DNA of 64,000 nucleotides from Vitrella brassicaformis CCMP3155 (lineage: Eukaryota > Protista > Chromerida): positions 62,001 through 126,000 of the forward strand of contig CDMY01000251.1 of assembly GCA_001179505.1 (NCBI GenBank). Direction: 5' to 3'. The notes beneath the pieces were generated by a model, which was given only the letters and a program-made list of their open reading frames with translations, was not told where the DNA came from and did not search any database. Shown here in pieces: positions 1-13,317 of the stretch (positions are counted from its first letter, which is position 1; the number at the start of each line of letters is the position of its first letter). The position numbers and the translations under genes were made by a program.

Positions 1-822
1 TCTGGTCGATCTGCCGGAAGAGGGCGAGATCCACAAAATGAGCGGTGAGGAAGGGAGGGCGGGCGGGGTGACTGACGTGGTTGTGCCTGGTTTGTTGTGC
101 ATGTGGCTTGGTGAACTCGATCATGTCATGCAGGTTTGGCTGATTTTGTGGAGTGTCGCGTGGCGTCTTTCCCCGACACCATCCCCATCGAACGGATCAA
201 CAGCACCTACTTCAAGTTCGTCGACCCCGTTGCAGCAGCAAAGGCCGATGCCGGCCAGGAGATCACCCCCACCGCCCCCACCGCCCCCTCTCTCACCGAC
301 ACCCCCGTCCAGATCCCCACACCCGTCAACACACCCATCGGCGAGCCAGCCGCCCCCGCCCCCGCCCTCCCCGCGATACGCGTCGGCGACTCCCCCCAGG
401 AGCTCACCCCCCTCCCAGTCTTACCGGCGAGTCAGCTGTTCGCTCCACCGATATCCGCCTCACCGTTTGGCTCCCCCAGCCACTCGCCCTCCCGCAAAGC
501 CACATGCGGCGTGTGTTTCGCCAACACGCCCACGGCTTTGTTCGGTCCGTGTGGGCATGGCGGGTGCTGTGTGGAGTGTGCAGCGATCATCCTGGTGCTG
601 CCGTTCACGAAAGGCCGGCGACGGTTTGAGCCGCCGTGCTGCCCCGTGTGCCGGACGCACATCGACCAGCTGCTGGTGATTGAAGAGCCGGAGCCGCCTG
701 GGAGTGGTTGGCAGGAGGGGCAGGGGGAGGGTGAGGCAGAGGGGGAGGGAGCGAGGGAGGCTGGTGGCGGTAAGATGGCTGCTCAGGTGGTCATGGAAGT
801 GAGATCTGTCCAGAAGGAGTGA
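1..822 (+). CDS. 3' end of a RING-finger (C3HC4_3-type) protein, putative E3 ligase; 5' part lies outside the window
   Basis: Exon 134-822 encodes CGVC..FGPCGHGGCCVEC..CPVCR after a Pro-rich linker. Intron 45-133 (gtgagg..catgcag) joins it in frame to an exon at the window edge. Confidence 0.85.
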
Positions 823-1846
823 CGGACGGATGTGTATGTGCCGATGGATGGATGGATGCTGTAGGATATCATCCATGGCATGGGATATATACAAGGGTGG
901 GATATAGGGCTGGATGGGTGTGTGTTTTATTGATTGATTGATTGATTGGTGTATGTATCCTTGGGCATGTACATGCGTGCAGTGCATACCTCGTACATGT
1001 GTGTGTGTGTGGAGTTGATGGCGTGTATTTGTCGTGCCTGCATGTGTTCCCTCTCTCTCTGTCTCTCTGCGTGTGCGTGTTTTGTGTTTGTCTTTGTGTT
1101 GTGTCTGTGTGTGTGCGCGGCCCGCATGGCGACAAGGCGGGCGCCCGGGCGCTTTTTCCTGTCTCTCTCTGTCTCTCTGTCTGTCTGTGTGTTGGTGTTG
1201 CTTTGGTGATGGCACGCGTGGCCCACACGACCCTTGGTCAATCCCTCGGCTGCTGCAGCGGAAGCGTGTAAAGACCGAGTGCGGCGAGTACTGTGGGGGT
1301 TGTGTGGGGTGGGGGTGGTGTGGGTGTGTATATAGCTCAGCTCCCTGCGCGTGTGCCTGCCTTTATTTATCTGTGGTGGTGGTGGTGGTGGTGGCCTGGT
1401 TGGTTGCTGCACGGCATAGCACGGTCAACCCGTCACTCACTCACTCACTCAGCCACTCAGTCACTGACTCCACACACACACACACACACACGCATAATTC
1501 AATTCCCCGATGGACGTATGCATTCAATTCCGTTTATCGCCACGACACACATCTTGTGGTGGATGGATGGATCCATCCAGATCCACCATTACATGTGTTG
1601 TGGTGGTATTGAGCGGAATGGATGGATGGATACGGGCGGGCGGGCGACGGACGTGTTGTACAGCTAGGTGGGTGGGCGGGTCTTATGCAGTCAGTGTGTC
1701 TTATCTATCTATGTCTCTATCTATCGGTTGGCGTATCTCACCTCCCCTGCTTGGTTCGTTCTTTCTTTGTTGTGAGTTTCATGTGTTGAATGAATGACAC
1801 TGCCGTGGGATGTGGTACGATCAATCAATCGGGCGTGGGAGAGGGG

Positions 1847-2146
1847 NNNNNNNNNNNNNNNNNNNNNNNNNNNNNNNNNNNNNNNNNNNNNNNNNNNNNN
1901 NNNNNNNNNNNNNNNNNNNNNNNNNNNNNNNNNNNNNNNNNNNNNNNNNNNNNNNNNNNNNNNNNNNNNNNNNNNNNNNNNNNNNNNNNNNNNNNNNNNN
2001 NNNNNNNNNNNNNNNNNNNNNNNNNNNNNNNNNNNNNNNNNNNNNNNNNNNNNNNNNNNNNNNNNNNNNNNNNNNNNNNNNNNNNNNNNNNNNNNNNNNN
2101 NNNNNNNNNNNNNNNNNNNNNNNNNNNNNNNNNNNNNNNNNNNNNN
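1847..2146. other. Assembly gap (300 N) cutting the 3' end of the PPR gene
   Basis: Run of N in the sequence. Confidence 0.99.
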
Positions 2147-3095
2147 CCACCGCCACCGCTACCGGCGGCAGCAGCAGCTGCTGCTGCTGCTGCCGTTGCC
2201 GACGCCGCAATGTCCTTGATCTCATCCGGCACCCCTTCCCCCTCCGCCGCCCCCCCGGTCAGCCCGCCCAGCGCCCCAGCGTACGTCTGGAGGATGCGCT
2301 TAAAAATGCCGTCGAGCACCTCGTTCTCGTAGAAGCTATAGAAGCTGTTCTTGCGGATGTGCTCGAGCAGGTTGAGCGCCTGCACGTACTTGCCTGCCCT
2401 CTCGCAGCAGCTGATGACCTCGCGGTAGACGTCGATGCTCGGCTGCATGTTCCGCCTGTGCATCTCCTGCAGGAGGGCGAGCGCCTCGCTCCATCGGTTG
2501 TGCGGCTTGGCGGCCATGGGGAGGATCAGGCCCTCGAAGGTCGCCTGGGTGAGGAAGGACGTCCGGGACGAAATCCGCAGCTTCTCCAAAGCGCGCTCGA
2601 ACTCGCCAACCTCCGCCCTGTGTGTGGCGTGAACCAAATCAGTCACATGTAAGTCTTAAGTGTGTAGGGTGTGTACCATGCGTGTATGAGGTTGTCGTAG
2701 TGTTGTCTGTTGACCGGGACACCGTCCCTTATCATGCTGTCAAACATGGCCTCCACCTTGGCAGGCTCGTGGCCCTGCTTCAACACCTCCAGAATCTTGC
2801 CATACGACGCCTATAGATTAGATAGATTGATGGACACACACACACACACGCAGCCAGCACACACGCGTGGGTTGGGGGAGGGTTGGGAGGGTTGGCAGTG
2901 TGTGCCTGCCTGCCTGCCTGCCTACCGCGTTTGGCTTGAGTTTGGCCTTTTCCGTGAAGAAGTTCCAGATCTCCATGGCCTGGGCCGTGTGGTTGGCCGC
3001 CAGACACACGTCAAGCATTTCTCGAAGGATCTACAGTGAAGATACACAGACAGACAGACATACAACATGCTTCCATCCCTCTGTCCGTCTGTCCG

Positions 3096-3127
<32 letters not shown>

Positions 3128-6100
3128 ATTTGACGGCCCCAACCCCCCCAACCAAACCCACCAGGTTGTCGGGCAGTATCTCGTTGTCTCTAGCGAACCG
3201 CCAGACCTTGATGGACTCCTTGACGGCCTTCTTCTCGCGACACACTTGCAAAGCATTGCATATCACACCCCTATACATAATCAACCAACCAGTGCAGACA
3301 GACAACACATAACATCCGCACACTGAGCACTGTTGCGTGTTTCTTGCTTGCTCATGTGTGTGTGCGTCTGTGTCTCACCAGTCGGGCTTGACGCCCCAGG
3401 CGGGCATCTGGTCCATCAGGAGCACCAGCATCGTCTCCACATCAGCTTCCTGCACACTCACTCACGCACAGGGGCCATTCATTCATTCTGCAGAAGTACG
3501 TGTGTGCGTGTGTGTGTGTGTGTGTGTGCACACACACCTTCTTGCAAGCGGTGATGCACTCGTTGAAGGCCACGGCGTCGATCTTGAGCCGCCGCTGCTT
3601 CATCTCACTCAACAGACTCAGAGCAACGGCTTTCTGCACACACACACACACACACACGCACTCCGTCTGTCTGTCTGTCTGTCTGCCTGTGTGGGTGTTC
3701 GGTTCACTTCCCGAACTCACCTGTCCGGTGCGCGCGCATCCGGTGAGCGCTGCGCAGTAGGTGACATAGTTGGGCGGCATCCCCCGCTGCTCCATCTCCT
3801 TCATCAGCACCAACGCGCCGTCCACCCACCCCGCCTAACCAACAACCACAACCACACACCACACCACACCCGGTGTCATGCATGCATCGAATCGATGGTG
3901 GCACATCTGTCTGTCTGCCGAGCGGAGCCAAGCAGAGCTCACCGACCTACCTTGCCGCAGGCCGAGACGGCGCACGAGTAGGCCACGAGGTCGGCCTCCA
4001 CGTTGTCCCTCTGCATCTTGTCGAACATCGCCAGGGCCTGGGCGTAGTTCTTGAGCTGCACGTGTGCGTGCATGACCATGCTGTACATCCGCGCGTCAGG
4101 CATCACCCGCGCCACCAACGCCTCCCTGTTGACGCGCCCCAGCAGCTCCGCATTGGACCTCTCGGCCAGCACGGGGTTGTCCCTCCTGAGCCGCTCCTGC
4201 AGAAGGGGGCTCTCGCGCGGTAGTGACTCGAGGTAGCCAAGGTGCAGCTGCAGTCGGTCCCAGAGGTCGAGCACTCGCTGGTACTCGAAGGCCGCCTGGC
4301 ACGCTTGCATGGCGCACGAGTAAGACACGTATGAAGGGCCGAAGGGCACGTTCTGATGGGGAGAGAGAGAAAAAGGGAGACACAGAGAGAGGGCTGGTGG
4401 GTGGGGGGGTCGGTGAGTGGTCGAGTGGTCAGTCGCTACATACCTCTGTTGCGGTGCCCCTGAGGGTGACGGACTGCGGCACGCGATGACCCGACAACTC
4501 ATCCAACACAGACAACGCCTACAAAGACACACACACACACACACACGGAGACCTCGATCACAATCCCTTTCTGTGCCCAGCCGATGTGTGTGTGTGTGTG
4601 TGTGTCAGAGGGTGGTGGTGGTGGTGCGTACCGCCTTCCAGTCGCCGGCTCGTGCGAGTGTGTTGAGCAGCACGTTGTAGAGGACCAGGTCAGGCCTGAC
4701 CCCCAGGGTGACCTGCACCTCCTTGAAGGCCTGAATCGACGTCGCCACACGAACCTGGCTCGCACCCGTCGGCAGCGGCACTCCACCAACCACACCCACA
4801 CCCACACCCTCATCCACGTCCACAGCCCTCCTCGCCTCACTCTCTGCAGTCCCGTCTACATGGCCACCGCCACTGTCCCTCATGTCAACCCTTTGCATTT
4901 GCTGCTCCCCGCCCTCCTCCTGATTAGACTGCTGGTCGTCTCGATCGCCGCCCTGAGTGCTGGTTGTGCCGGTGGTGGTGGTGGTATCGGCAGGCGTGTT
5001 GAATGCCTGTTGGATGGAGTTCTTGCTGTCGAGCTGCAGCTTGATTCCCAGCTTCTGCTGCTTCATGACGCGGCCGTAAGCAGGGTCCTTGGGACCCTCC
5101 CGCACTCTCTCAAGCCCCGCGTCCTGCGGCTGCAGCTCGTGGGGCTGGGGACCAGACGCAGCGGGACCAGTGAGCGCCATGGCGGGGAGGGAGGGGGAGA
5201 GGGGCACTGGGGGCGGCGCGGTGTTGATGGGGAAGGTCTGGGACTCGAGCAGCTCGGGCATGTTGAGGGTGTTGAGACCGTCGCGAGCCTGGGAGCTGTA
5301 CTCGCCACTCGGCAGGGAGAGCCGCGGGTTGAGTGTGGTGTTGCCGTCGGCGATGGCGGTGGCGGTGGCGCTGGTAGGAATGTTGTTGTCTGGGTCGAGC
5401 GAGAAGACCTCTTCCTCTTCCTCTCCTTCCCCGTGTGGATTTATGGCAGGCCCAGTCTGCGCGTGCATCTCGCGCAGCCTTTGGTCCTCCTCCATGTCCT
5501 CCTCTTTGCGCTTAATCGCCTCCAGCTTGACGCCCCAGGCGGCCACCGCCGGCCGCTCGCTGAACGACAAGACCGGCGCCCTCACCTTGACCACCTCACC
5601 ATGCACCGCAGCCGATAGCGGGTCAGCCACAGCCACACCCCGCCGGGTGGGGGTGGCTCTTGTTATGGGTGTTGTGGCGTTGCTGTCCATGCCCATCAGC
5701 TGCTTGCCCCCCCGCATAAAGTTGTCCAGAAGGGAAGTGATGAAGGCCTCGCCCTCCTTGTCGGCCTTCTCCACCGGTCCGTCAGTCTGCTCGTCGGTGG
5801 GCGAGGTCCGTGAGGATCTGAGGACTGACATGGGCAGGGGGTTGATTCGCCTCGGCTGCGGGTCGCACGAGCGGAGGAACGAGGTGATGAACTTGATGTC
5901 GGGCTCGATGTGCTGCGACTCGGCTATCGCCTTCACCCTGAGTGAGAATCGACCGACCAACCGACACAGACAGGCAGACAGGCAGACAGACAGACAGGCA
6001 GGGAGAAGGGAAGGTGCACACGTGTATGCTGCGCATGTGTGGTGGTCGTCAGTGAGTCAGTCCGTCGCTCACGTACTTCATGGCGCTCTCGAAGTCCCCC

Positions 6101-7522
6101 AGGCGTCCGCACAGCGTCATGCATGCTCCCAGGTGCCGCATGTCCGGCTCGCACTTTGGCGGGTAGGCCCTCACACGGACATGGTAGAACTTCCTTTTGC
6201 CGTCGGTGGCCCTCGCGTGGTACTTGACGCTCATCAGCGGCCCCTGGCTGGGCACCCGCTTCAGCCAGGCCCACCTGCCGCTCCTCTCGCCGTTGGCCAC
6301 GCAGTCGTGCAAAATGTCGGTGGCGGTCTTGAGCTGCGGCACGCGTGTCATCTGGCAGGCCCACATGACGAGGAAGTAGGTCATCTCATCGGGCCAGATG
6401 GGCCCCTCCACCTCGATGACGTGCATGGGCGGCGCCTGGACGAACCCCTCGTCGCTCGGGACCGTCAGGTTGTATCTGCTGCGGCCGAGGTAGAAGATGT
6501 TGGGGTGCTTGTAGCTGAGGGTGCACCAGCCGAACCCCCCGAACTTGATGGTCTTCTCGTCGGCGGGATCGGGGAAGGAGGGAGGGGGGTGGAGGGAGGT
6601 ACGCGAAGGCCGCTCCTGCGTCATCTCCTCGAAGATCTGCAGCACACGCAGCCAGTTGCCCTTCTGGGCGGCCTTGAAGATGAGCCTGGTCAACCAGAGA
6701 AATGAGAGAGAAGATATGGATGGGACCTCCGTGTGAACCTGTGGATGGGCAGGCTCACGAGTTTTTGAATCTGCGGTAGCTCCTGATGGCCTGCTGGATC
6801 TGCGGCAGGGTCGGCCCGTCGTCCTTGAGCTCCAGCGGAAACACATCCAGCTCTCCCTCACCCCCTTCAGCCGCCGCAGCCCCCTCACCATAACCATAAC
6901 CATAACCACCCGCATCGGCACCATGATCAACGTGACCATCATCATCATGACCATCATCATCATCAGCATACTCGGCCCTCAGGCGGGCGTGAGCATCGTC
7001 TGCACTAGCTAAAGGCGCGATGCCCCTGAAGCCGTTCGCCCTCTGCGAGCGTGTCACTTGCTGCCGCATCCTCTCCACCACTCCCGGGCCCGTCCGCAGA
7101 TCCACTGGCACCCCCGCCTTCTGGCGCGCGACGGTGGCCGCCCGTCTTGCTCTACTTCCCTGGTCCTTTGACCGATAATCCAGCGCATTGACACTGGTGT
7201 CGCCGTTGACCTGCGGTGGCGCTGGGGCGACAGAGTGAGAGATGGCGGCACCGGGAGACAGAGATGGTGGTGGAGGGGCAAGCGAAGGAGAGGGAGAGGG
7301 GGAGGGGGAAGGGGATGGACAGCTGGTGCGGGATGATGGGTGGACGAGCGTCTGCAGCCGGGCCATCGACATCTGGGGAGTGAAGCGACCGCTGCCGCTG
7401 CCGCCGCTGCTGCTCCTGCAGTGCCGCCTGGACGAGGGCACCGATGGGGACCTCGGTGAGAGGAAAGATGGGCAAGGGGGGAGGGCGAACACAGATGCGA
7501 TAGACATCAAACAAAAAATCAT
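2147..7522 (-). CDS. Large multi-exon pentatricopeptide-repeat (PPR) protein with possible bipartite plastid leader; C-terminus lost in the gap
   Basis: PPR motifs in successive exons: RPDLVLYNVLLNTLARAGDW, MPDARMYSMVMHAHVQLKNYAQALAMFDKMQRDNVEADLVAYSCAVSACGK, MKEMEQRGMPPNYVTYCAALTGCARTG, ALLQEMHRRNMQPSIDVYREVISCCERAG. The start at MIFCLMSIASVFALPP (7522) is inferred. Confidence 0.85.
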
Positions 7523-7974
7523 CACAGGCCCCCCGACTCCCTCGCGTGCTGACTTCCTCCGGTAACGATAAGACGCCGGCGACCCAGCCGATGGTGTGCG
7601 ATGGAAGGCAGACAGGCATGGGGATCTGGCGTGGGAGGGGGACGGCTGTGGGGATGCTTCCACGCTGCACACATACACCACACAAACGAGTCAGGAAGCA
7701 CACAGAGAGATGAGATCCCATGCCTTGGGGCTGTTGCCTTGCCTCACCTGACAGATCCGTCAGCGAATTCGCCGTCGGCGTCACTTGTCCTCATCCAATG
7801 GCTTCTCCTCCTTGGTGGCGCAGCCTCCCACACAACATCACTGCATTCGCAGTGCGATCGAAGATCACCCACCGTTTGGTCCATGGCTCGACCGTTCATT
7901 GAAGAGGCAGATCCTGCCGTGCACCTCCTGCGCACCTTTCTTGGCACCGGTCGAGTCGATCCATTTCGCAGTGC

Positions 7975-7983
7975 AAGCTCGCA
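7975..7983 (-). promoter_or_regulatory. TGCGAGCTT motif in the PPR/ALG3 divergent intergenic region
   Basis: AAGCTCGCA on the + strand; the same 9-mer recurs in other head-to-head intervals. Confidence 0.5.
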
Positions 7984-8148
7984 CCCGCTGAAGCGCAGGC
8001 CCAGAGAATGCGCCACTATCCAGTGGATGGCAGTGACCGCACGAGCTGACATTTGTTCAGAAAAGCCAAGCAGGAGGTCACTGAGGAAGAGTTGACTGGC
8101 TGCGAGGGGCCGTGTGGCCTTCAAACGATTTGGAATCTGCAGCCATCT

Positions 8149-10605
8149 ATGGACGATAAGCAAATGTGGTTGGTGAGGCTCATGACAGACGCTAAGACGG
8201 GGGACCGGCAGGAGCTGCCGCGCCCTCCTTGGAGGCTGCAGCACTGGCGGCAGCTGCTGGCCTACCATGCCAACACGCCAAACACGCCCACTCTGGCCCT
8301 GCTGCTGCTTGCTGAGCTGCTTTTCTGTCTGCTGATCATTTGGAAAGTCCCGTGTAAGCACTCACTCACCCGCAGCCATCAGGGCCTGCCTGATGGAAAG
8401 GATTTGATGGATGGATTGACCTATTGTCGTCTTGTGTTGTGTTGTGTTGTGTTGTGTTGTGTGTCGTTTCAGACACAGAGATAGACTGGCGCGCCTACAT
8501 GGAGGAGGTGGAGGGCTACCTGAAGGGCGATACCAACTACTACAATCTCAAGGTGGGCGGGCGGGCGGGCGGGCGGGACTGAATCGTCATTGCAAATCGG
8601 ACCGGCTCGGCGTGGCAGTCAGTATTTGTGCTTGTACGGGTGTATGGTTTGGTATGGTGTGGTGTGTGCAGGGCGGGACGGGGCCGCTTGTGTATCCGGC
8701 CGGGTTTGTGTACATCTACTCGCTCCTCTACTATGTGTGCGACAGCGGCACCAACGTACAGGTGAGTGAAGTGCAATGCAATGCAGACCAGACCGTCCGA
8801 TGAATGTGTGTGTGCGTGTGTCAACAGAGGGGCCAGTACATCTTTGCTGTGCTCTATGTCATCAACCTTGCTCTCGTCTTTGATCTGTACTCGCGGTCCA
8901 AGAAGGTGAGCGAACCACAACCAACCAATGGTTGATTGATTCGTGTGCACTGCACTGTCGACCTTTGAATGAATGCGTTTGTGTGTGTGTGATTCGTGTG
9001 CACTGCACTGTCGACCTTTGAATGAATGCGTTTGTGTGTGTGTGTGTGTGTGTGTGAGCGATGGTTGGTCATTCAGCTGCCTGTGTGGGGCTTCTTGCTG
9101 CTGTGTGCGTCGCGCCGCGTGCACTCGCTCTTCGTGCTTCGTCTGTTCAACGACCCAGTCGCTGTCCTCCTGTTTCACGCGTCTGCGTCGCTGGCATGCA
9201 GAGGGAAGTGGAGGCTCTCATGCCTCCTCTTCAGGTGTGCTGGTGTGGCCGGGATGGGTCGGTCGGTCGGTCGGTCGGTCGGGTGGATGGAGAGGCGGAT
9301 TTGATGGGTGTCTGCCTGCCTGTGTTGCAGCATGGGTGTGTCGGTGAAGATGAACATCCTGCTCTACGCGCCAGGGCTGCTGTTCTTGCTGTGGAGGGGT
9401 ATGAGTGAGCGAATGAGGACATCCATCAAGCGAGATCCGGTCCTCCCTCCCCTCCGGATTTGCCTGCGTTGCGTATGTGTGGAATGCAGCGAGTGGGGAG
9501 AGTGTGGTCGGGACTGTGGGCTACCTGTCCATATGCGCTGGTTTCCAGGTACAATTGGAAGGAGAGCTGCACAGACAGACACACATAGACACACACATAG
9601 ACACCCACTCCTTTCTGTGTGTGTGGTCTGTCTGTGTCCGTCCACCAACCGTGCACTGCAGCTGTTGGTGGGCTGCCATTTCCTGGTCACGCACCCCATC
9701 GCCTACATGCACCGCTCATTCGAACTGGGGAGGGTATTCATGTACAAGTCAGTAAGGCCAAAGGAACGAACGGACAAACAATCGATTTCAATCATCCTGT
9801 CCAGCTCACCGCATCTCTCTCCCCTTCCCGCCCGTACCTGGCTGGCGCAGGTGGTCGGTGAATTGGCAGTTTGTGCCTGAGTGGGTGTTTGTGTCCAAGG
9901 GGTTTGCCCTTCTGCTGCTCGGCCTCCATCTAGCTGTCCTGTGGCTGCTCTTTCGACGATACTGGACCAGGTGAGGCGCGAACGCATCGTGTCCTCCCGG
10001 CCGGCCATCAAGTGTGTGTTGTATTGTGTTGTGTTATGTCTGGTCAGAATGAGTCCTGCCGGTCGGCCATTGACTCCTGGTAAGTAGTCTGGCAGGAAGA
10101 TCAGATCAACCACATCAATCAATCAGGGCTGCAGTGAGTGCTGCCATGGCTGTCTGTCTGTGTGGTTGCCGGTCGCTTGCTCGCGCAGGTGTAATCTTGT
10201 GGGTGCTGTACTCGTGCCAGCTGCCGGGCATCATCTTTGCCCGCTCACTGCACTACCAATTCTACTCATGGTCAGTCAGTCAACACACACTCATACACAC
10301 CCACACCCACACCCACTCAGAGCAGCGAGGGAGAAGAGTGAGTGACAGACATATGGGGTGTGTTGTGTTGTGTGCGTCTGTGTGTGTGTGTCCTGCAGGT
10401 ACTTCTACACGGTGCCATATTTGTTGTGGTGCGGTCCTCAGCCCCTGTCGGTTCGCGTCGGTCTGCTGGTGTGTCTTGAGTGGGTGTGGAACCTTTACCC
10501 CCCACACATGGCCGTCTCACTGCTCATGCTCGCCACACACATCGCCATACTAGCGGTCAGGGAGGGAGGGAGAGAGGGAGGGACACGACCGATGGATGGA
10601 ACGGA

Positions 10606-10639
<34 letters not shown>

Positions 10640-10725
10640 TGTGGTGACTGCAGTTGTGTGTGTTAGCGACGGACGCCGGTGCAGTGAGGGAAGGTGGCAC
10701 GGCCGCTACTGGCAAGACCGAGTAG
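8149..10725 (+). CDS. ALG3: Dol-P-Man:Man5GlcNAc2-PP-Dol alpha-1,3-mannosyltransferase (multi-exon)
   Basis: Spliced [84 protein letters not shown]. The last exon 10654-10725 ends GKTE*. Confidence 0.95.
8938..9043 (+). repeat. 53-bp direct tandem duplication inside an ALG3 intron
   Basis: gattcgtgtgcactgcactgtcgacctttgaatgaatgcgtttgtgtgtgtgt occurs at 8938 and again at 8991. Confidence 0.9.
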
Positions 10726-10987
10726 ACAGACAGAGACTAAGTGCAGAGACTGAGGCAGACAGAGATCTCAGTGAATGCATATCGATACCGACAGACAATG
10801 AACACTAGCAGAATCCATCCATCGAGTCAGGCAGTCATCATTCCGTCTTCCATTGTCCTCCACACACACACACACACACACGTATCCGTTCAGGCAGCAC
10901 AGCCGTCGAATCGAAACGACATGCTATGCTGCCACGACGATCGCATTCGATTCATCCTCGAGTCGAGTCCATCTCGCACGCCGTCAC

Positions 10988-13063
10988 TCACTCACCACAC
11001 GTCCGATACCCCTCCACCCTTCTCGCATCCAACGCAACCGGCAGACTGCTCCGCCTGTCCAAATGACCACCCGTACCCACCCTAGCGTACGGCAATGACA
11101 CGGGGGGCATGGAGGACGACCGCCTCCATGCATACTGCCAGTCGTCCACCATCTTGTCAAGGTTAGAGAATCGCCGGCCCAGCCGTGGCACCCTAAACCG
11201 TTTGTCCAGCCTCACGTCGACATAGGTCTCCTCTAGAGCTTGGAGCCGCGTCTCGAAGGGGAGACACAGCACAAGGAGGGCATCGACGAGCAGACAGACG
11301 GCCATGAGCAAAAAGTAGGCCGAGAATTTGCCTCCTGGGTGCTTTTGCACCACTGGGTGGTCCTCCACCGCGGCAACGAGCCACTCGAACAGCAGAGGGG
11401 AGATAATGCCCCCGATGCGGCCGAAGGAGATGGCCAGTCCGACGCCGGATGCTCTGCATGAGGTGGGGTAGAGTTCTGCAGTGTAGAAGTAGGTGAAGTT
11501 GAATGCGCAGCGGCCGGCAAACTTGGCGGCGACCACTGCAAAGGTGGCGCCTGCGTGTCTGAAGAAGAGAAAGAGGGCGAAGAGGAGCAGAGCGGCCGAC
11601 GTGACCAGGAGGCTGCAGAACTGGGAAAGAATCCTGGGCATCACATCCGCATACTGAAATGAGAAGGCAAGAGGGCAAATGTGTGACGGGAGGAAACGAA
11701 GGGCAGGAAGGATTGATCGACCAAAACGAGGATGGCGTTGAGGCTGCTGACCGCCTCCCCAATGAGCAGCTGCCAGCCCTCGGCAACATTGCTTGCCTTC
11801 TCCATCTCTGGCAGACCTGCATCCATCGGGCAGACACACTCGTGAGATACATGTCATGAGTGCATCGATCATCGTGTGTGTGCTTGTGATTGCCGTCGCA
11901 CACACATTGAGGGAGTGAGTAGGTCAGGCCGTACATGCAGAGGTTGCATGCTAGCGTCGAGTAGCAGAGACTGCATACACACACACACATAGCAAGCGCA
12001 GCCCCTACTCATGGTGCGCGTCGATCGATCGGCTTGTGTCAACCCTTCTGTGCTCATCACTCACATGGCTGTGGTGAAGCTGTATTTCCTCGAGAATATG
12101 ACCATGTATGCCGTGGGCCCTCCCCTGGTGTCCTCCTCGGGTGCGGCCCACTCGGCCCTCTCATCCTCCAGTGCAGATATCCTCTTCCCGTTCTGCCTCG
12201 CCATCTTCAGCAGTATCCTCCTCGCCCTGTCCGTCTGCCCGTGCAGGAATGCCCACCGAGGGCTCTCAGGAAGCAGCATGGCGGCCGGTAGCAGCGTGAC
12301 CAGGGGAGGGATTGTCGCCAGCAGGAGCAGGCGCCTCCACTCGATATGCATATGTGGGTCGAGCAAGATGACGCAGACACACACGTAGACTCCCCCGAAC
12401 ACCGAGAAGAGCGCACCCGCGGCCTGGAGTGGGGCTCTCGCTGCAATCGGCGACAGCTCGCTGGCAAGACTCAGCCAGGAGGGGATGCCCCAACCCATGC
12501 TAAACCCAACAAATGCGCGCGTCCCCAGCATATGCCAGTAGTTTGGTGCGAACATCGATGCGCCGTTGCCCACGATGATCCCTCCAAGCGCCAGGTTTGG
12601 AGACTTCCTGCCGTATCGGTCAGCCAGAGCACCGACAGAAATGCCGCCGGCCGCGAACCCGAGCAGCGTCGCGCTCATCAGCATCCCCCGGCCGACGGGG
12701 GAGTACCTGTCGGGAAGTAAGCAGCACACGCCACCATCGAGGAACTAATTGTCGCCGTGCTTCTTGCGTGCGCCAGTCGATACGCAAAGAGACACAGCCA
12801 CTTGCATCGGCATACCAGGCGGACCCGAGAGTGCTGTTGATGACAGACAGGGCCAGCACTTCAGCGCCGTAGCAGAAGAAGAGAATGCCACACAACAGGG
12901 CGACGTGCAGCTGTGCCGGGCCGGTGCCGATGGCCTGATATGTTTTGAAGCGAATAAACAGTGCAAAAAGAGCATGCAGCGCCTTGCACTCCTTTGTCTG
13001 CGTGCAGCGTCTTCACTGTACCTCCAAGAAAAAGTTGACGTCCTTCTGCGCTTCCTCACTCAT
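10988..13063 (-). CDS. Major facilitator superfamily transporter (SV2/SVOP/organic-cation-like)
   Basis: Spliced N-terminus MSEEAQKDVNFFLE|AIGTGPAQLHVALLCG; MFS motifs GALADRYGRK, LASELSPIAARA, PESPRWA, YTAELYPTSCRASGVG..FGRIGG, LPFET. Confidence 0.9.
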
Positions 13064-13198
13064 GGGGACTGCATGCTATGCTGGCCCGCACTCCTCTCCG
13101 CGTGGGGCTCCGCTGTTTCCGCTTCTCGCAGAAGAGAACATGTGTGTGCGTCTGTGTGTGTCTGTGGAGCGGCCGGCGTCGCCGCAAAGGAAGGCGTG

Positions 13199-13224
13199 TG
13201 CGAGCTTTCTGATCTAAGCTCGCA
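13199..13224. promoter_or_regulatory. Inverted pair TGCGAGCTT-n8-AAGCTCGCA in the MFS/NEET bidirectional promoter
   Basis: Two exact copies in opposite orientation (13199-13207 and 13216-13224) between the divergent ATGs at 13063 and 13318. Confidence 0.6.
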
Positions 13225-13317
13225 GACGTTCTGGGAACCGCTGACTGCTTCGGGAGAATTTCAAGCGCGAGTTTAAGCGCCTGGGGAGGAGTGAGCCCGT
13301 CCTAACCTCCTGCGAAA

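Noticed and set aside
869-1800. Many His/Thr- or Cys/Val-rich ORFs here and throughout the ORF track
   Set aside because: Translations of (CA)n/(TG)n microsatellites in introns and UTRs.
7744-8361. 205-aa minus-strand ORF upstream of the PPR gene
   Set aside because: Largely antisense to ALG3 exon 1 and the shared promoter, with no recognisable domain.
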